Below are positions 32,090 through 43,126 of a DNA stretch of 64,000 nt, in pieces (the first letter of the stretch is position 1; each line of letters opens with the position of its first letter). The position numbers and the translations under genes were made by a program. The notes below the pieces were generated by a model. It made no database searches and was not told the DNA's origin. It saw nothing but the letters and a program-made list of their open reading frames with translations. The stretch lies in IMG/VR virus record IMGVR_UViG_3300024999_001421; one strand, written 5' to 3'. This DNA comes from a virus.

Positions 32090-33608
32090 TAACGGAGAAC
32101 CGGGGAGGATAAGCAATGTTTTTCAAGAAAAAAGACATGGATGTTGTTAAGTGCAGTAATTGTGACCAGAAAATAGGTAATGGAGGTAATGGAAAAGAGT
32201 TTATTGTCGGAGGTTATGGTAAAATATCTTCTAAATTTCCGATAAAACTTGAAATGTGCTACCGCGTTTTCTGTAAAAAATGTTGGTCACATAACATCGT
32301 GCCTGTCTATGCTATTGAGGTAAAGAACGGTTCCGAAATGACCACAATTAAAGAGGCATTGCATATTTGCGGACTTCCCTTAAATTATCAAAGTTTGAGG
32401 AATTTAAGATATTCCATAAGTCCAGCAATTGAAGTAGTTGAAATGAAACTAATTAAAGATATTACTGTTTATTTCAGCAATAAATACTACATGGAAGGGG
32501 ACGGAAATGCAGTTATCTTAAATGTTGTTATTGATGATAGCAAGGATATGTTTTTTAGTGACAGGATAGTTATACCGCAGGACAATGTTATATGCTCTTA
32601 TGTAATACCTGATTTTATAACAAATAACGGATAACCGGAGGTAAGCAATGCTAACTAACAAAGAAAAGAAAGTAATCGACAAAATGAAGTCTACTCCTTG
32701 GGGAACTATCATCGTCAAGATGAAGGGCGGTAAACCTGTTATGCTGAGTGTGACTGAGGATATTAAACTTGATTAGGAGGCGACAACTATGGCAGGTTGT
32801 AAGGTCAAGGGCAAAGGTATGAAGGGTATGCCTAAGTCCGACAAGAAAGAAATGGGCATGGGTAAGGGTTACGGTAAAAAGATGAAATAATAGCCGAGGA
32901 CGGTGAGATATATTGAATGATAATGCTAATTGGGATAATAATACTGTTGCTAAGCTAAATCCTGATAATCTAAAAAGTTTTTTAGATAGTGTGATTGATG
33001 GTTCTAGTTTTAGAAAATACGAAGAAGAAACAAGGGAAAGAATAAATAAGTCCTTTGATTTTTACAATTGGTTGAAGGATAACTGTAATGACGAAATAAT
33101 TGTCTCGATAGGAGGAAGTAGTATTGGTGTTCCAATGCTTCCTCCGTTTATGTATGACAAAATAAAACCTTGGATTGACAGGTACGAGCAGGAAAAAGTA
33201 ACTAAATAACCAATCCTTAGTAGGAAAACCACAGGGATAGTGTACGAGAGAGTGCTTAACCGCATTGTCTCATGCACTATCCCTATTTTTATTGCCTAAA
33301 TTCAGGAAAGGAGGTGTTAGACGTGGCTAAAAATCTCGACAAAGCTATGCCTTGTAGCGGTACTTTTACTTATGGAAATACTGGCAGTCGGCAAGCAGAT
33401 GTTACCCGTGTCATAAAAGGCGGCGATCTGCGTTCACGCCCCGGCAAAAACAACGGTGCTGTTAAATAGTTAAGGCAGGGTAAAACCTGCTTTTTCTATT
33501 ATCCTACATAACATTGTTCCGCTTTAGGGTGGCAGTTGGGAATAGACAACAGACACGCCGGAAAGACGGTGAATATATCGCTGACGAGCGTAAACGTGGG
33601 GTGTAAAT

Positions 33609-34439
33609 ATGGAAGATCAAGTATTAGAAACAGGAACAGAGGAAGTCGTTTCACCTCAAACAGACATTGACACTAACGATCAAACCGATACCGGGGACGT
33701 AACCGGCACTCAACAAATGAGTGATGCTGAAGTCGTTGAACAGCAGAAGCAGAAACAAACACAGGAACAAAACAGGGCATTTGCTCAAATGCGCAGAGAA
33801 GCACAAGAGGCTAAGCGCAAGGCAGATGAACTTGAACAGTGGAAACGTGACTTTGAGCAGAAGAATAACGCACAGCAACAGAGACAGTTGCAGGCAGATA
33901 TGGATGCTCAGAGGGAAAAACTTGCCGCAGAGTTAGAAGAACAGGGATTTCCTGTTAGTCAAATTAACAAATATCTGAAAATGGACCCTGCTTTTCAGCA
34001 GATGCAGGCAGAGCTAAACGCCAATAAGCAGCAGTTAGAGCAAGAAAGACACCTGAGAAATAGGCAGGAGGCAGAACAGCAGATTGTGAAGGACCATGCC
34101 TATTTAAAGGGTAAGTACGGTGACATTGTTCCCGACTTGAATAATCTTGACCAAGCAACCGTTGATATGCTGTATAGCGGTATGCCGCTTAAATCAGCAT
34201 GGTTGACTGCTAACGAGGATGCTATTGCCGAGGCGTTGCAGAAAAAAGCGGCGCATAAGGCGATTAAGCAGGTGGGCAGTAAGGCGCACTTGGGTACTGA
34301 GAAATCTAATGATAGTACGGATTTGGGTACTCAAGTTAGTTTGAGCGCGGAGCAGATGAAAACCTGGAAGTCAATGTTTCCTGGCGAAACAGAGGCACAA
34401 CTTAAAAAACGTGCCGCAAAATACGTTAAGAAGAAATAG
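33609..34439 (+). CDS. capsid scaffolding protein
   Basis: acidic N-terminus, EQNRAFAQMRRE, coiled coil, upstream of capsid genes. Confidence 0.75.
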   Translation: MEDQVLETGTEEVVSPQTDIDTNDQTDTGDVTGTQQMSDAEVVEQQKQKQTQEQNRAFAQMRREAQEAKRKADELEQWKRDFEQKNNAQQQRQLQADMDAQREKLAAELEEQGFPVSQINKYLKMDPAFQQMQAELNANKQQLEQERHLRNRQEAEQQIVKDHAYLKGKYGDIVPDLNNLDQATVDMLYSGMPLKSAWLTANEDAIAEALQKKAAHKAIKQVGSKAHLGTEKSNDSTDLGTQVSLSAEQMKTWKSMFPGETEAQLKKRAAKYVKKK

Positions 34440-34449
34440 GGGGTTTATC

Positions 34450-34875
34450 ATGGCATTAAGAATTATTGGGAGCATTTTGACTGGTGCTTCGAGGGATAAG
34501 TTTATTGATAACATCTATATGACCGATTCGGAGGCGGCAGTAGCGGGGCGTGGTTATTATCTTGCCTCAGGTAGATGGACTAAATCCGCAACAACCGCAG
34601 CAATTGAGGCAATTTGCGTTAAGGCGGCAGATGCCGGTACCGATGTATTGCCGATTATGGCGGTCGTTAAGACTGGTGACATTATTGAGGCAGATTACAC
34701 AGGAACCGCAGATGCAGCATTTTTGCCAGGTCTTACTGTAGCAATTTTGGATTCTAATGGAGACAATGTGGATGCCGCAACCGTTACTGGTGGTCATGCG
34801 GTCATCTTGGAAAAGGATACCGTTGGACTGAAAGTAAAGATGATTGTCAAAAAGAATTTCACTGAGGCCAGCTAA
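34450..34875 (+). CDS. capsid cement/decoration protein
   Basis: small beta-rich protein between scaffold and major capsid genes. Confidence 0.6.
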   Translation: MALRIIGSILTGASRDKFIDNIYMTDSEAAVAGRGYYLASGRWTKSATTAAIEAICVKAADAGTDVLPIMAVVKTGDIIEADYTGTADAAFLPGLTVAILDSNGDNVDAATVTGGHAVILEKDTVGLKVKMIVKKNFTEAS

Positions 34876-34917
34876 TTAGTTGGTCTTTTTATTTTGTAAA
34901 TTGAGAGGAGATATGAA

Positions 34918-35889
34918 ATGGCAGTTTTAATTCAAGAAAGCGGAGATTTTGAACAGTTAGTTGGGAAATATGAACATGCGCTCTTGGAATTTTGGCAGGA
35001 CGGTTTTACCGATGCTATTCAAGATAGTATGATTGACGAGTTGTATACTCCTGAGCAATCAGATAACCCCACTGAGGCAATCGGTGAGATGGTTGGGGCG
35101 ATTGACTACAGTAAGTGGAACGGTGAATTCACTTATGGCACCATGAAACAAGGCGATACGAAGATCTGGACCCCAATCGTGTGGCAGGCGGGCATGGAGT
35201 ATGACAGATTCTTACTGTCTAATGCTAAACTTATTAATTTAAAGGATGATTTTTCCGGTTTCTCTATTGGCGCAGCAAGACACCGCGAAGCGTGCGCATC
35301 CGGTTTACTTACTTATGCCGACCAGACAAGTTTTATGGTTAACGGAACTCCTGTTAACTGGACTTTGACAGCCAATGGGTTGCCGCTTGCTTCAAACGCT
35401 CAGACTTCTGCTAACTATGGAAGCACTCAGGATAACTTAGAGGCCCTAGAACTCAACGACGAGAATCTCGAAATTTTATGTCAAAAAATGTTTGATGTTA
35501 AGGACAGTTCGGGCAAGGACGCAAATCTTCAACCTGATACTTTAATTGTGCCTACAGCCCTTCGCAAGAAAGGTTTGGAATTAATCGGCGGTGAAGGTAA
35601 AGTAGATTCTTCCGACAACAACCCGAACATTTACAACGGTTCGATGAAATTGATTGTCTATAAGCAATTCCGTCGTCAAGCAGGAAAGACCGGTCAACCA
35701 TGGTGTGTTATGGACTCTAAGATGGCTAAAAAATCCATGAAGTGGATTAATCGCCTAGAATCTGGGGATAAATACGATATTATCTCTTGGAAGAATATGG
35801 AGAATCAGGTCTGGAAAGTAGGTTCCATAATGTGGTATTCTTGTGGCAGTAAGTCGTGGAGGCCTTTCCAATTCAGTATTCCTGTGTAA
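34918..35889 (+). CDS. major capsid protein (Mu gpT-like)
   Basis: NGLPLAS, LQPDTLIVPTAL, NNPN, G...WR C-terminus. Confidence 0.82.
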   Translation: MAVLIQESGDFEQLVGKYEHALLEFWQDGFTDAIQDSMIDELYTPEQSDNPTEAIGEMVGAIDYSKWNGEFTYGTMKQGDTKIWTPIVWQAGMEYDRFLLSNAKLINLKDDFSGFSIGAARHREACASGLLTYADQTSFMVNGTPVNWTLTANGLPLASNAQTSANYGSTQDNLEALELNDENLEILCQKMFDVKDSSGKDANLQPDTLIVPTALRKKGLELIGGEGKVDSSDNNPNIYNGSMKLIVYKQFRRQAGKTGQPWCVMDSKMAKKSMKWINRLESGDKYDIISWKNMENQVWKVGSIMWYSCGSKSWRPFQFSIPV

Positions 35890-35953
35890 TGTGAAATATT
35901 TATATTGAAATGTACTCCGATATGTGATATAATAAATAAAACACATATCGGAG

Positions 35954-36787
35954 GTGTATATTTTGATAGAGAAATGCCCAAGATGCGGCAAGGAATTTAA
36001 TGCAACCAGATCGCAGAAGTATTGTAGTTCTGAGTGCAGGGAAAATTCAAGGAAAGAAAGGCATTTAAGACCACCCCTAACTGAAAGAAAGTGTAAATAT
36101 TGTGGTGTAGTTTTTATGCCTTCGTCTGGTAAGCAAAAATATTGCTGCAAAGAGCATACGTTTAAGGGAATATACCTTGAAAATGCCGAAGAAAAGAAAG
36201 AGAAGTCTCGTGAATATAGACTTAAAAATATTGATGCTATTCGCCTAAAAGATAGGGAGCGTAACGCTAAAAGAATGGATTATAAAAGGGCGAGTGATGC
36301 AAAAAATCACGACAAAACAAGATTCTCAGGAAATAGGGAATTGGTTTTGGAGCGTGATGGATATAAATGTGTTGAATGTGGTGCAGTAGAAAAACTTGCT
36401 GTCCACCACAAGGACCATACCGGACAAACAGAAAACCGCAACGATGATCCTAGCAACCTAATTACCCTATGTTCATCTTGTCACGGCAAACAGCACGGCA
36501 AACCAATTAATCAAGAAATACATATAATTGCGGTATGCGGTGTTTGTGGTAAGGAGTTTAATACAACAACCTACCTCATAGAGGGTGGCAGGGGTAAGTA
36601 TTGTAGTGCGGAGTGTCAAAAGAAACGTAACTCAAAAACCAATACAGTAACTTTAAACTGCGAATATTGCGGTAAGGAATTTACAGTACCACTATCGAGA
36701 TATAAAAGGGGTAAGGTAAAATACGATAGCATGGAATGTCGCAGAGCAGCAGGTTACGCTTGGACAAATAAGCAATCAACAAACTAG
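35954..36787 (+). CDS. free-standing HNH endonuclease with multiple Zn-finger repeats
   Basis: VLERDGYKCVECG...VHHKD...NLITLCSSCH; repeated C..CGKEF...YCS..C; own TTGAAA-17-TATAAT promoter. Confidence 0.88.
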   Translation: MYILIEKCPRCGKEFNATRSQKYCSSECRENSRKERHLRPPLTERKCKYCGVVFMPSSGKQKYCCKEHTFKGIYLENAEEKKEKSREYRLKNIDAIRLKDRERNAKRMDYKRASDAKNHDKTRFSGNRELVLERDGYKCVECGAVEKLAVHHKDHTGQTENRNDDPSNLITLCSSCHGKQHGKPINQEIHIIAVCGVCGKEFNTTTYLIEGGRGKYCSAECQKKRNSKTNTVTLNCEYCGKEFTVPLSRYKRGKVKYDSMECRRAAGYAWTNKQSTN

Positions 36788-36830
36788 ACACCTAACGGTG
36801 TCTTTTAATTTTCCCACAAGGAGGTACAAA

Positions 36831-37784
36831 ATGGCAACATATTCACACAACAAAAAGGTATGCGGTATTGAAGGTTTATACGTCGGTGCCGTAGGTTCTG
36901 AGAAAGCAGTAGTTGACGCACTCGGAAGAATGTATCTTAACTTTGAACCCGGCAGCCAATTCTTCGTTGACTCTGCCACAGGCAGCGCAACCAATGATGG
37001 ATTAACATGGGCAACAGCACTGGCAAGTATCGACTCAGCAGTAGGAAAATGTACTGCCAGCAAGGGAGACGTTATTTGGGTAGCACCAGGTCATAACGAG
37101 GGCATAACTACTGCCGCCAACATCGACCTTGATGTAGCAGGAATAACCGTTATTGGCTTAGGTAGCGGTTCCCTAAAACCCACAATCGACTTCGACAATA
37201 CCGCAGCTAGTGTAGCGATAGGGGCCAACGATGTAACTATCAGCAATATTAGGTTCAGAACTTCAGCTAATGCGGTGGTTGTTGGACTTGACATTGAAGC
37301 AGGAAAAGACTATGCAAAAGTCTTAGACTGTGAGTTTGGATTTGCCGAAACAGCAACGGACGAGTTTGCAATTGCCCTGAGAAATAACGCAGGTTGTGAC
37401 GGTACAGTAATTGACGGTTGTTTCTTCGGGGCAGGGGCACAGGCAGCAGTAACAGCAATAAGCATTACTGGTGCTTCTGACGATGTAACCATTAAAAATT
37501 GTCGCTTTACCGGCGCACATTCTACCGCCTGCATTAACGGCATAACCACACTTAGCACTAATCTACTCATAAAAGATAACATTATGCAGCAAGGAGCAAC
37601 AGAACCAGGGATTGAATTGCTTACTGGTACAACTGGTATTATAGCGAATAACTATATTGCAACAAACTTAACTACTATTGCCGCATCCATTGTTGCTGAT
37701 GGTTGTTGGTTGTTTGAGAACTACTACAGTGAGGTTGCCCCTGAGACTGGTGCGCTGATTGGTACTGCTTCGGTTAACGACTAA
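36831..37784 (+). CDS. virion beta-helix (pectate-lyase-like) protein
   Basis: FFVDS...DGLTWATA...GDVIWVAPGH, parallel beta-helix repeats. Confidence 0.7.
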   Translation: MATYSHNKKVCGIEGLYVGAVGSEKAVVDALGRMYLNFEPGSQFFVDSATGSATNDGLTWATALASIDSAVGKCTASKGDVIWVAPGHNEGITTAANIDLDVAGITVIGLGSGSLKPTIDFDNTAASVAIGANDVTISNIRFRTSANAVVVGLDIEAGKDYAKVLDCEFGFAETATDEFAIALRNNAGCDGTVIDGCFFGAGAQAAVTAISITGASDDVTIKNCRFTGAHSTACINGITTLSTNLLIKDNIMQQGATEPGIELLTGTTGIIANNYIATNLTTIAASIVADGCWLFENYYSEVAPETGALIGTASVND

Positions 37785-38027
37785 AAGTAGGGGTAAATAC
37801 CCCTACTTTATTTTTGAGGTGCTTTATGCAATACACCAAAAAACCGGAAAATTTTACCGATACAGAGAGATTGCTTTTAGGCATATTGGAGGAATTGCGT
37901 AAAATATCCTCACTTTTACATACACCAAAAGCAGTTGAAACGCCCAAGAAAGATATTGTGCGTACTGTATCGGTAAAGAAACCTAAGTCAACAAAAAAGT
38001 ATTCGTGTAGAAAGTGCGGCAGGGAGT

Positions 38028-40109
38028 TTGATAATGCCCGTGTCCGCACTAACCACGAAAAGAACTGTAAGGGTGGTGTTAAAGATAGCAACTAACATTC
38101 AAGGGAAAAACCCTGTTGGCGTAACTGCGGCTAATACTAACCCCGTCACTATTGGCGGAGTTGATGGTGACAATGATATAGTCTGTCTAGTCCTAAATTC
38201 AGACGGTTCAGTAACTGCAAAATTGGGTGCAGGTACGTCGATAGTAGGTAAGTTTATTCCTGTAGATGCGGACGGTACAGAGAAGTTTACTACTACTAAT
38301 CCGGCAATAGTTGACAGTAATTTCGACGGCGGCATAGCGACTGGTGGAAGTAAAACTACCATTGCCGATACATCGAAAAACTTTGAAACTAATATGTTCG
38401 CCGGGAATGTGGCGAGAGTTACCATTAGCGGAGTTGACTATTACCGCACAGTAGCGAGTAATACAGCAACAATTTTGACAATTGCTACTCTCCCTGGTGC
38501 GGCGGCAAGTGCTATTGTTGGCACTCTCGACACAGCAGAAGTTACGGTAGTTTATGTAAATGAGGGAGTTGCAGGTAACTCGATAACTGCTGAAGTAGTG
38601 GCAGCACCAGGGGATAATGACAACCTGTCGGCATCTTTTACCGATAATGTTCTTACTGTTTATCTTGGTAAAACTGCCGGAGAATTAGACGATACCAAAA
38701 ATACTGCCACTCTCGTTGCAGTTAAGATTGATGAATTAGCAGAATTTACCGCAACCATGACTGGTTCTGATGGGGTTGTACCTGTTACCGTTACTCCCGT
38801 TGAATTTTCTGGTGGTGTTGCAGTTGTAAGCGCCTCCTCCGGTTCTGTATATCAGATTATGCGGAAGAATGTTATTGCTGATGGTGGCGGTAGTATTACT
38901 GTTGATCAGTCTATACACGACAACTTTAACGCCAACGCCAATCTGCAAGTAGGTAATGCTGACGTTGCAGCGGGAAACCCGATACCTGCTGTATTGACTG
39001 CTTTGCCTGTTGACGCTGCAACCGAAACTACTCTTGCGGAACTCGAGGATAAAGACTTCGCAACTCAAACAACTCTTGCAGCAGTCTTAGCTAAAATTAT
39101 CGCCTCCCCGGCTACCGAGTCTAAACAGGACACGCTTATAGCAAAAGACTTCGCTACACAGACAACTTTGGCCGCTATACTGGCTAAGATTATAGCGGCA
39201 CCGGCGACTGAGGCGACTTTAGCGGCTGTACAGGCCACATTAGCACAAGGCGGTATCCCGGCAACAACTCTGGAAACCACGCACCAAAACGCAGCAACGA
39301 CAGACGGCAATGGTACCGCCGCTACGGTAAGCGGGTATGGGCCGATATCTTTTCAGATTACCGGAACCCCTGATGGTGCAACAGTAACTTGGGAAGGTTC
39401 TGTTGACGGTACAAACTATACGGCTTTTAGTGCCACAAAAACAGATACGGGTGTGGAAGCGACAACGGCAACAGCGGAAGGAATTTACTCTACCAACGTA
39501 TCCGGCTATAAATCCGTGAGGGCGGTAATTTCTACAGCAGGGGCAGGTACGAGTCTAACTGTTAAATCTCTTGCCGTGGGCGTTGCTAGACCGCTTACCG
39601 CTAATGTAACTACTGTAGGTAGTTCAGCCCATGATGCCGCCGCCACGGGAAATCCCGTACAGGTTGGTGGTGTGTATCGTACAACTGATCCGGTGCTTGC
39701 AGATGGTGATGCAGGTTCTATACGTGTTAACGCTAAGGGCGAGGCACTTGTCCAAGTAACTGGTAGTTTAATGCCGATAGTTGTGGAGACTTTAGCAACT
39801 AGCCTAAATGTACCAGCATCAAGTATCGTATATGTTACCAATCTATACGATTTTATATATGATTGTAGTTATACAATCTCAGTAAGAGAGATAAACTCAC
39901 AAGCACATACGATGAAGGGAAATGTCGAATACAAAGATGTTGCCGGAAATACGATTCTTAGTCAGGAATTACTTAGTAGTGCAACTGGTTCGTTTATTAT
40001 GAATAGAGCTACATTGCGTAGTCGATATATAGCTTTTAGTATTAATAATACAGACGCGACAAATGCCCACAATTATGAGGTTATTTTAACAAAATTTTAT
40101 AATATTTAA
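38028..40109 (+). CDS. virion fibre-like structural protein (start uncertain)
   Basis: A/T/G/V-rich, internal KDFATQTTLAA repeats. Confidence 0.6.
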   Translation: MIMPVSALTTKRTVRVVLKIATNIQGKNPVGVTAANTNPVTIGGVDGDNDIVCLVLNSDGSVTAKLGAGTSIVGKFIPVDADGTEKFTTTNPAIVDSNFDGGIATGGSKTTIADTSKNFETNMFAGNVARVTISGVDYYRTVASNTATILTIATLPGAAASAIVGTLDTAEVTVVYVNEGVAGNSITAEVVAAPGDNDNLSASFTDNVLTVYLGKTAGELDDTKNTATLVAVKIDELAEFTATMTGSDGVVPVTVTPVEFSGGVAVVSASSGSVYQIMRKNVIADGGGSITVDQSIHDNFNANANLQVGNADVAAGNPIPAVLTALPVDAATETTLAELEDKDFATQTTLAAVLAKIIASPATESKQDTLIAKDFATQTTLAAILAKIIAAPATEATLAAVQATLAQGGIPATTLETTHQNAATTDGNGTAATVSGYGPISFQITGTPDGATVTWEGSVDGTNYTAFSATKTDTGVEATTATAEGIYSTNVSGYKSVRAVISTAGAGTSLTVKSLAVGVARPLTANVTTVGSSAHDAAATGNPVQVGGVYRTTDPVLADGDAGSIRVNAKGEALVQVTGSLMPIVVETLATSLNVPASSIVYVTNLYDFIYDCSYTISVREINSQAHTMKGNVEYKDVAGNTILSQELLSSATGSFIMNRATLRSRYIAFSINNTDATNAHNYEVILTKFYNI

Positions 40110-40414
40110 TATTAAGGAGAGATAATAATGCCAATAATTACCGTTAAATTTCAAAACCAAGAACCTAATATAACTCTTTCTCAGGATTACCAAATCTTAG
40201 ATTTTTACCGTGATTATAATGCAGGGATTGACGAGGTGTTAATTGTAGGTGATGATGGCAATTTTTTATGGACGGCAAAATCCAATGTATTGGTTCAGTC
40301 AATAACGAACTAACAAGGTGCGAGAGTTGGTTGGTTCCCATTAACCCTATAGTTAGTTACGATAACCGCAGGGAGGTCTAACCGCCTCCCATTTTACATA
40401 AAGAAGGTGATAAA

Positions 40415-41254
40415 ATGTCCTTCACACTAACAAGCTGCAAAACAATTGCAGATTCATTGCTAAACGAAACGATAGATGATACTAACCTGCTAATATGGGG
40501 TAAGGAATGTCTGCAAGACAATATCCCTTCTCAACTATGGCAAGAGAACTCAAAAGAGTACAAATCAGTAGTCGCAAAGAGGTCGTATAACCTTCCTAGC
40601 GACTTTTTTAGTTTAGTCAGTCTATCAACTACTATTGGATCTCCGGCAGGACTAGCAGTAACACCAACCGGAACTACCGGAGCGACTACATATAAATACC
40701 AAGTTACGGCAGTTACCGAATCGGGAGAGACTATCCCTTGTTCTGAGGTTACATCAACCTCCGGCAACGCTACATTATCCGAAACAAACTACAACGCCCT
40801 GTCTTGGGTCGAGGTTGACGATGCCACAAGTTATAACATATACCGTACTTATGGAGGCACTACAACGGGCTTAATTGGGACAACTACAGATACTACCTTG
40901 GATGATACGGGACTTGCCGGTGACTCTGAAAATGCCCCTACCGAGGATACTACTGGCAATCAATATGATTATTATTCTATCCGCAATAGAAAAATTTCCT
41001 TTACCGATGCTGATGATTACGCATTAACATATATAGCATATCCAACAGTTTCCAGTATATCTGTGAATGTACCCCTGCCAGATGCCTGCGAGTACGCAAT
41101 GGCTAAATTTATCGCTTCAAGATTCAGAAGTAATGATGATTCCGAGGATGCCGATTCTTCGAGATGGATGCTAGAGTTCCAGAACTCCATCAATAAACTG
41201 ATTAATGAAATGGAGATAGATAGTAATTCATTTCAGGTGAAAATGGCATGGTGA
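40415..41254 (+). CDS. head-tail adaptor with inserted Ig/FN3-like domain
   Basis: YNLPSDF...; TYKYQVTAV...LSW...SYNIYR insert. Confidence 0.6.
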   Translation: MSFTLTSCKTIADSLLNETIDDTNLLIWGKECLQDNIPSQLWQENSKEYKSVVAKRSYNLPSDFFSLVSLSTTIGSPAGLAVTPTGTTGATTYKYQVTAVTESGETIPCSEVTSTSGNATLSETNYNALSWVEVDDATSYNIYRTYGGTTTGLIGTTTDTTLDDTGLAGDSENAPTEDTTGNQYDYYSIRNRKISFTDADDYALTYIAYPTVSSISVNVPLPDACEYAMAKFIASRFRSNDDSEDADSSRWMLEFQNSINKLINEMEIDSNSFQVKMAW

Positions 41255-42681
41255 TGGCGAAGATACCTAAAAGGGGCGGCAGTAGCAATAAAATATCTAT
41301 CGAAATAAAAAGTTTTGGTGGAATAAATACACTACCTTCCAGGCAGATAGGACAATCTTCCGCTGGGAAGAATTTTTATACCGTTGGAGGTGTTTTTAAA
41401 ACACGTCCTGGACTGATTGCTGCTCCCGGTATAAATGCACTTACGAAAGAAATTAGATCACTTCATTTTGCAAAGACGGGAAGTTCCGATGAAAGATTTC
41501 TAGCCGAAACCGTTGATGGAATATATTACTACGACAACGGTTGGGACTTACTAGACGCTGGATATGCTAACAATTATGGGTTTTCATCTACTATATGGCG
41601 CAACGAAATCATTTTAGCAGGCGGCAATCAGATGAACCTTTTCGGCATCGAAACACCTACGCTGACAGTTGATTTTACTGCTGGCGATATAGGTGGTGGT
41701 ACTTCCGGTGAAGGCGTTGCCGTATTTAAAGATAGGGCGTTTTTGTTCGGACCGAATTATACGCACTACGAAATCCCATTCAACGGCTATAGATATGTTT
41801 GGGATGAAGAGGCAGAAGAATACACTGAGGAAATCGAGGACGTTGACATACTTGCATGGCCCGAGAAGTTTAAGTTATCTGCCAGTGATGGCGGAGATGT
41901 ATTATCCGTTATTCCTGTCGGATCTAGCGTATTTATCTTGACCGACATGGGTTATTGGCATTTATACGGTAATAATGAGGATGATTTTGAAATAATCCGC
42001 GAGGGAAATGTAGGGTGCTATAACCTAAATCATGGTCAGTTAGTTGGAGATGTAATATGCTGGCTAGGTAAAGATAAAAAAGTTTATATCTATACCGGAA
42101 GTACAGCAGAGCATATTAGCTTGCCCGTAGATAAGTTTCTATCAGCGCAAACATTCAACAGTACTGTACGTTGTTATAGTTTCGGCAATCAATTCTGGAT
42201 TATTTTTAGGGGCGCAACAACCAAGGCGTATGTTTTCGATACCCACGAAAAAGAGTGGTATATTTACGAATTTCCTGTGAATATTTCTGCTGCCTGTATG
42301 CGGAATGGAATAATTCATTTTGGCACATCTACCGGGACTATTTTACAACTTAAAGACAGTGTAAACGATGCCGGAACAGCTATAACAACTGAATCTACGA
42401 TAGGCCCGATAAATATGCAGTCAAGAAAAATCAAGGTTAAAAATTTTCATATCAACGCAAAACCAGTAAACTACTTCGATCTTGATGTGTCTTCTGTCGT
42501 GGATGATTACGAGGAATCAGACTATGAGACTTGTAGTTTTAGCGAAGGATCAGAATCAACCCAGACTGTAAAAGTAAATAGTCGGAAAGGTTTTGATGTT
42601 TCTATTAAAATATCAAGTACGGATATCATTAACGAGTTAACCGGAGGAACTATTATGGTAACTGCCGGGCAATTAAAGTAA
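41248..42681 (+). CDS. tail nozzle/stabilisation protein (P22 gp10/T7 gp12-like beta-propeller)
   Basis: SFGGINT...TRPG N-terminus; position. Confidence 0.65.
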   Translation: MVMAKIPKRGGSSNKISIEIKSFGGINTLPSRQIGQSSAGKNFYTVGGVFKTRPGLIAAPGINALTKEIRSLHFAKTGSSDERFLAETVDGIYYYDNGWDLLDAGYANNYGFSSTIWRNEIILAGGNQMNLFGIETPTLTVDFTAGDIGGGTSGEGVAVFKDRAFLFGPNYTHYEIPFNGYRYVWDEEAEEYTEEIEDVDILAWPEKFKLSASDGGDVLSVIPVGSSVFILTDMGYWHLYGNNEDDFEIIREGNVGCYNLNHGQLVGDVICWLGKDKKVYIYTGSTAEHISLPVDKFLSAQTFNSTVRCYSFGNQFWIIFRGATTKAYVFDTHEKEWYIYEFPVNISAACMRNGIIHFGTSTGTILQLKDSVNDAGTAITTESTIGPINMQSRKIKVKNFHINAKPVNYFDLDVSSVVDDYEESDYETCSFSEGSESTQTVKVNSRKGFDVSIKISSTDIINELTGGTIMVTAGQLK

Positions 42682-42697
42682 AAGGAGTTGGTTTGAG

Positions 42698-43111
42698 TTG
42701 GCAGATATTCATATTTACAAAGGAACTGTTACTGCTGGCGGCACTAATGGAACATTGGTGTCTGAGGCAGGGGCGCAGACTTCGCCTATCGAAATAGGCC
42801 AACTGAACGCCACAAATAACGAAGTATCTACAGACCAAAAACTGGCTATTCGTTGTGATACTGGTTATACTACTTCCGGGGATACGACAATTACTCCTAC
42901 CGGCACGACTGCCGCAAAATGGGCGTTAGCACCGGATAACGCAGGAGCAGCAGGTACTTATGGAGCATATGGAGCGGCACTTACCATTTCCAGCGCAATA
43001 GATGCTACAAATACGATATTTTGGGTGAAGGCTAAGGCTACAAGTGACGAGAGTCCGTCGAATGACGTATCTGTTAGCTTGCAAGTATCTGCGACTGTCG
43101 CAGCTGCGTAG
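42698..43111 (+). CDS. virion structural protein
   Basis: beta-rich, in tail cluster. Confidence 0.55.
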   Translation: MADIHIYKGTVTAGGTNGTLVSEAGAQTSPIEIGQLNATNNEVSTDQKLAIRCDTGYTTSGDTTITPTGTTAAKWALAPDNAGAAGTYGAYGAALTISSAIDATNTIFWVKAKATSDESPSNDVSVSLQVSATVAAA

Positions 43112-43126
43112 AGGCGGTGATGTGGG

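Noticed and set aside
35890-36830. Group I intron carrying the HNH gene
   Set aside because: Flanking genes appear complete and the flanks are too short for an intron core
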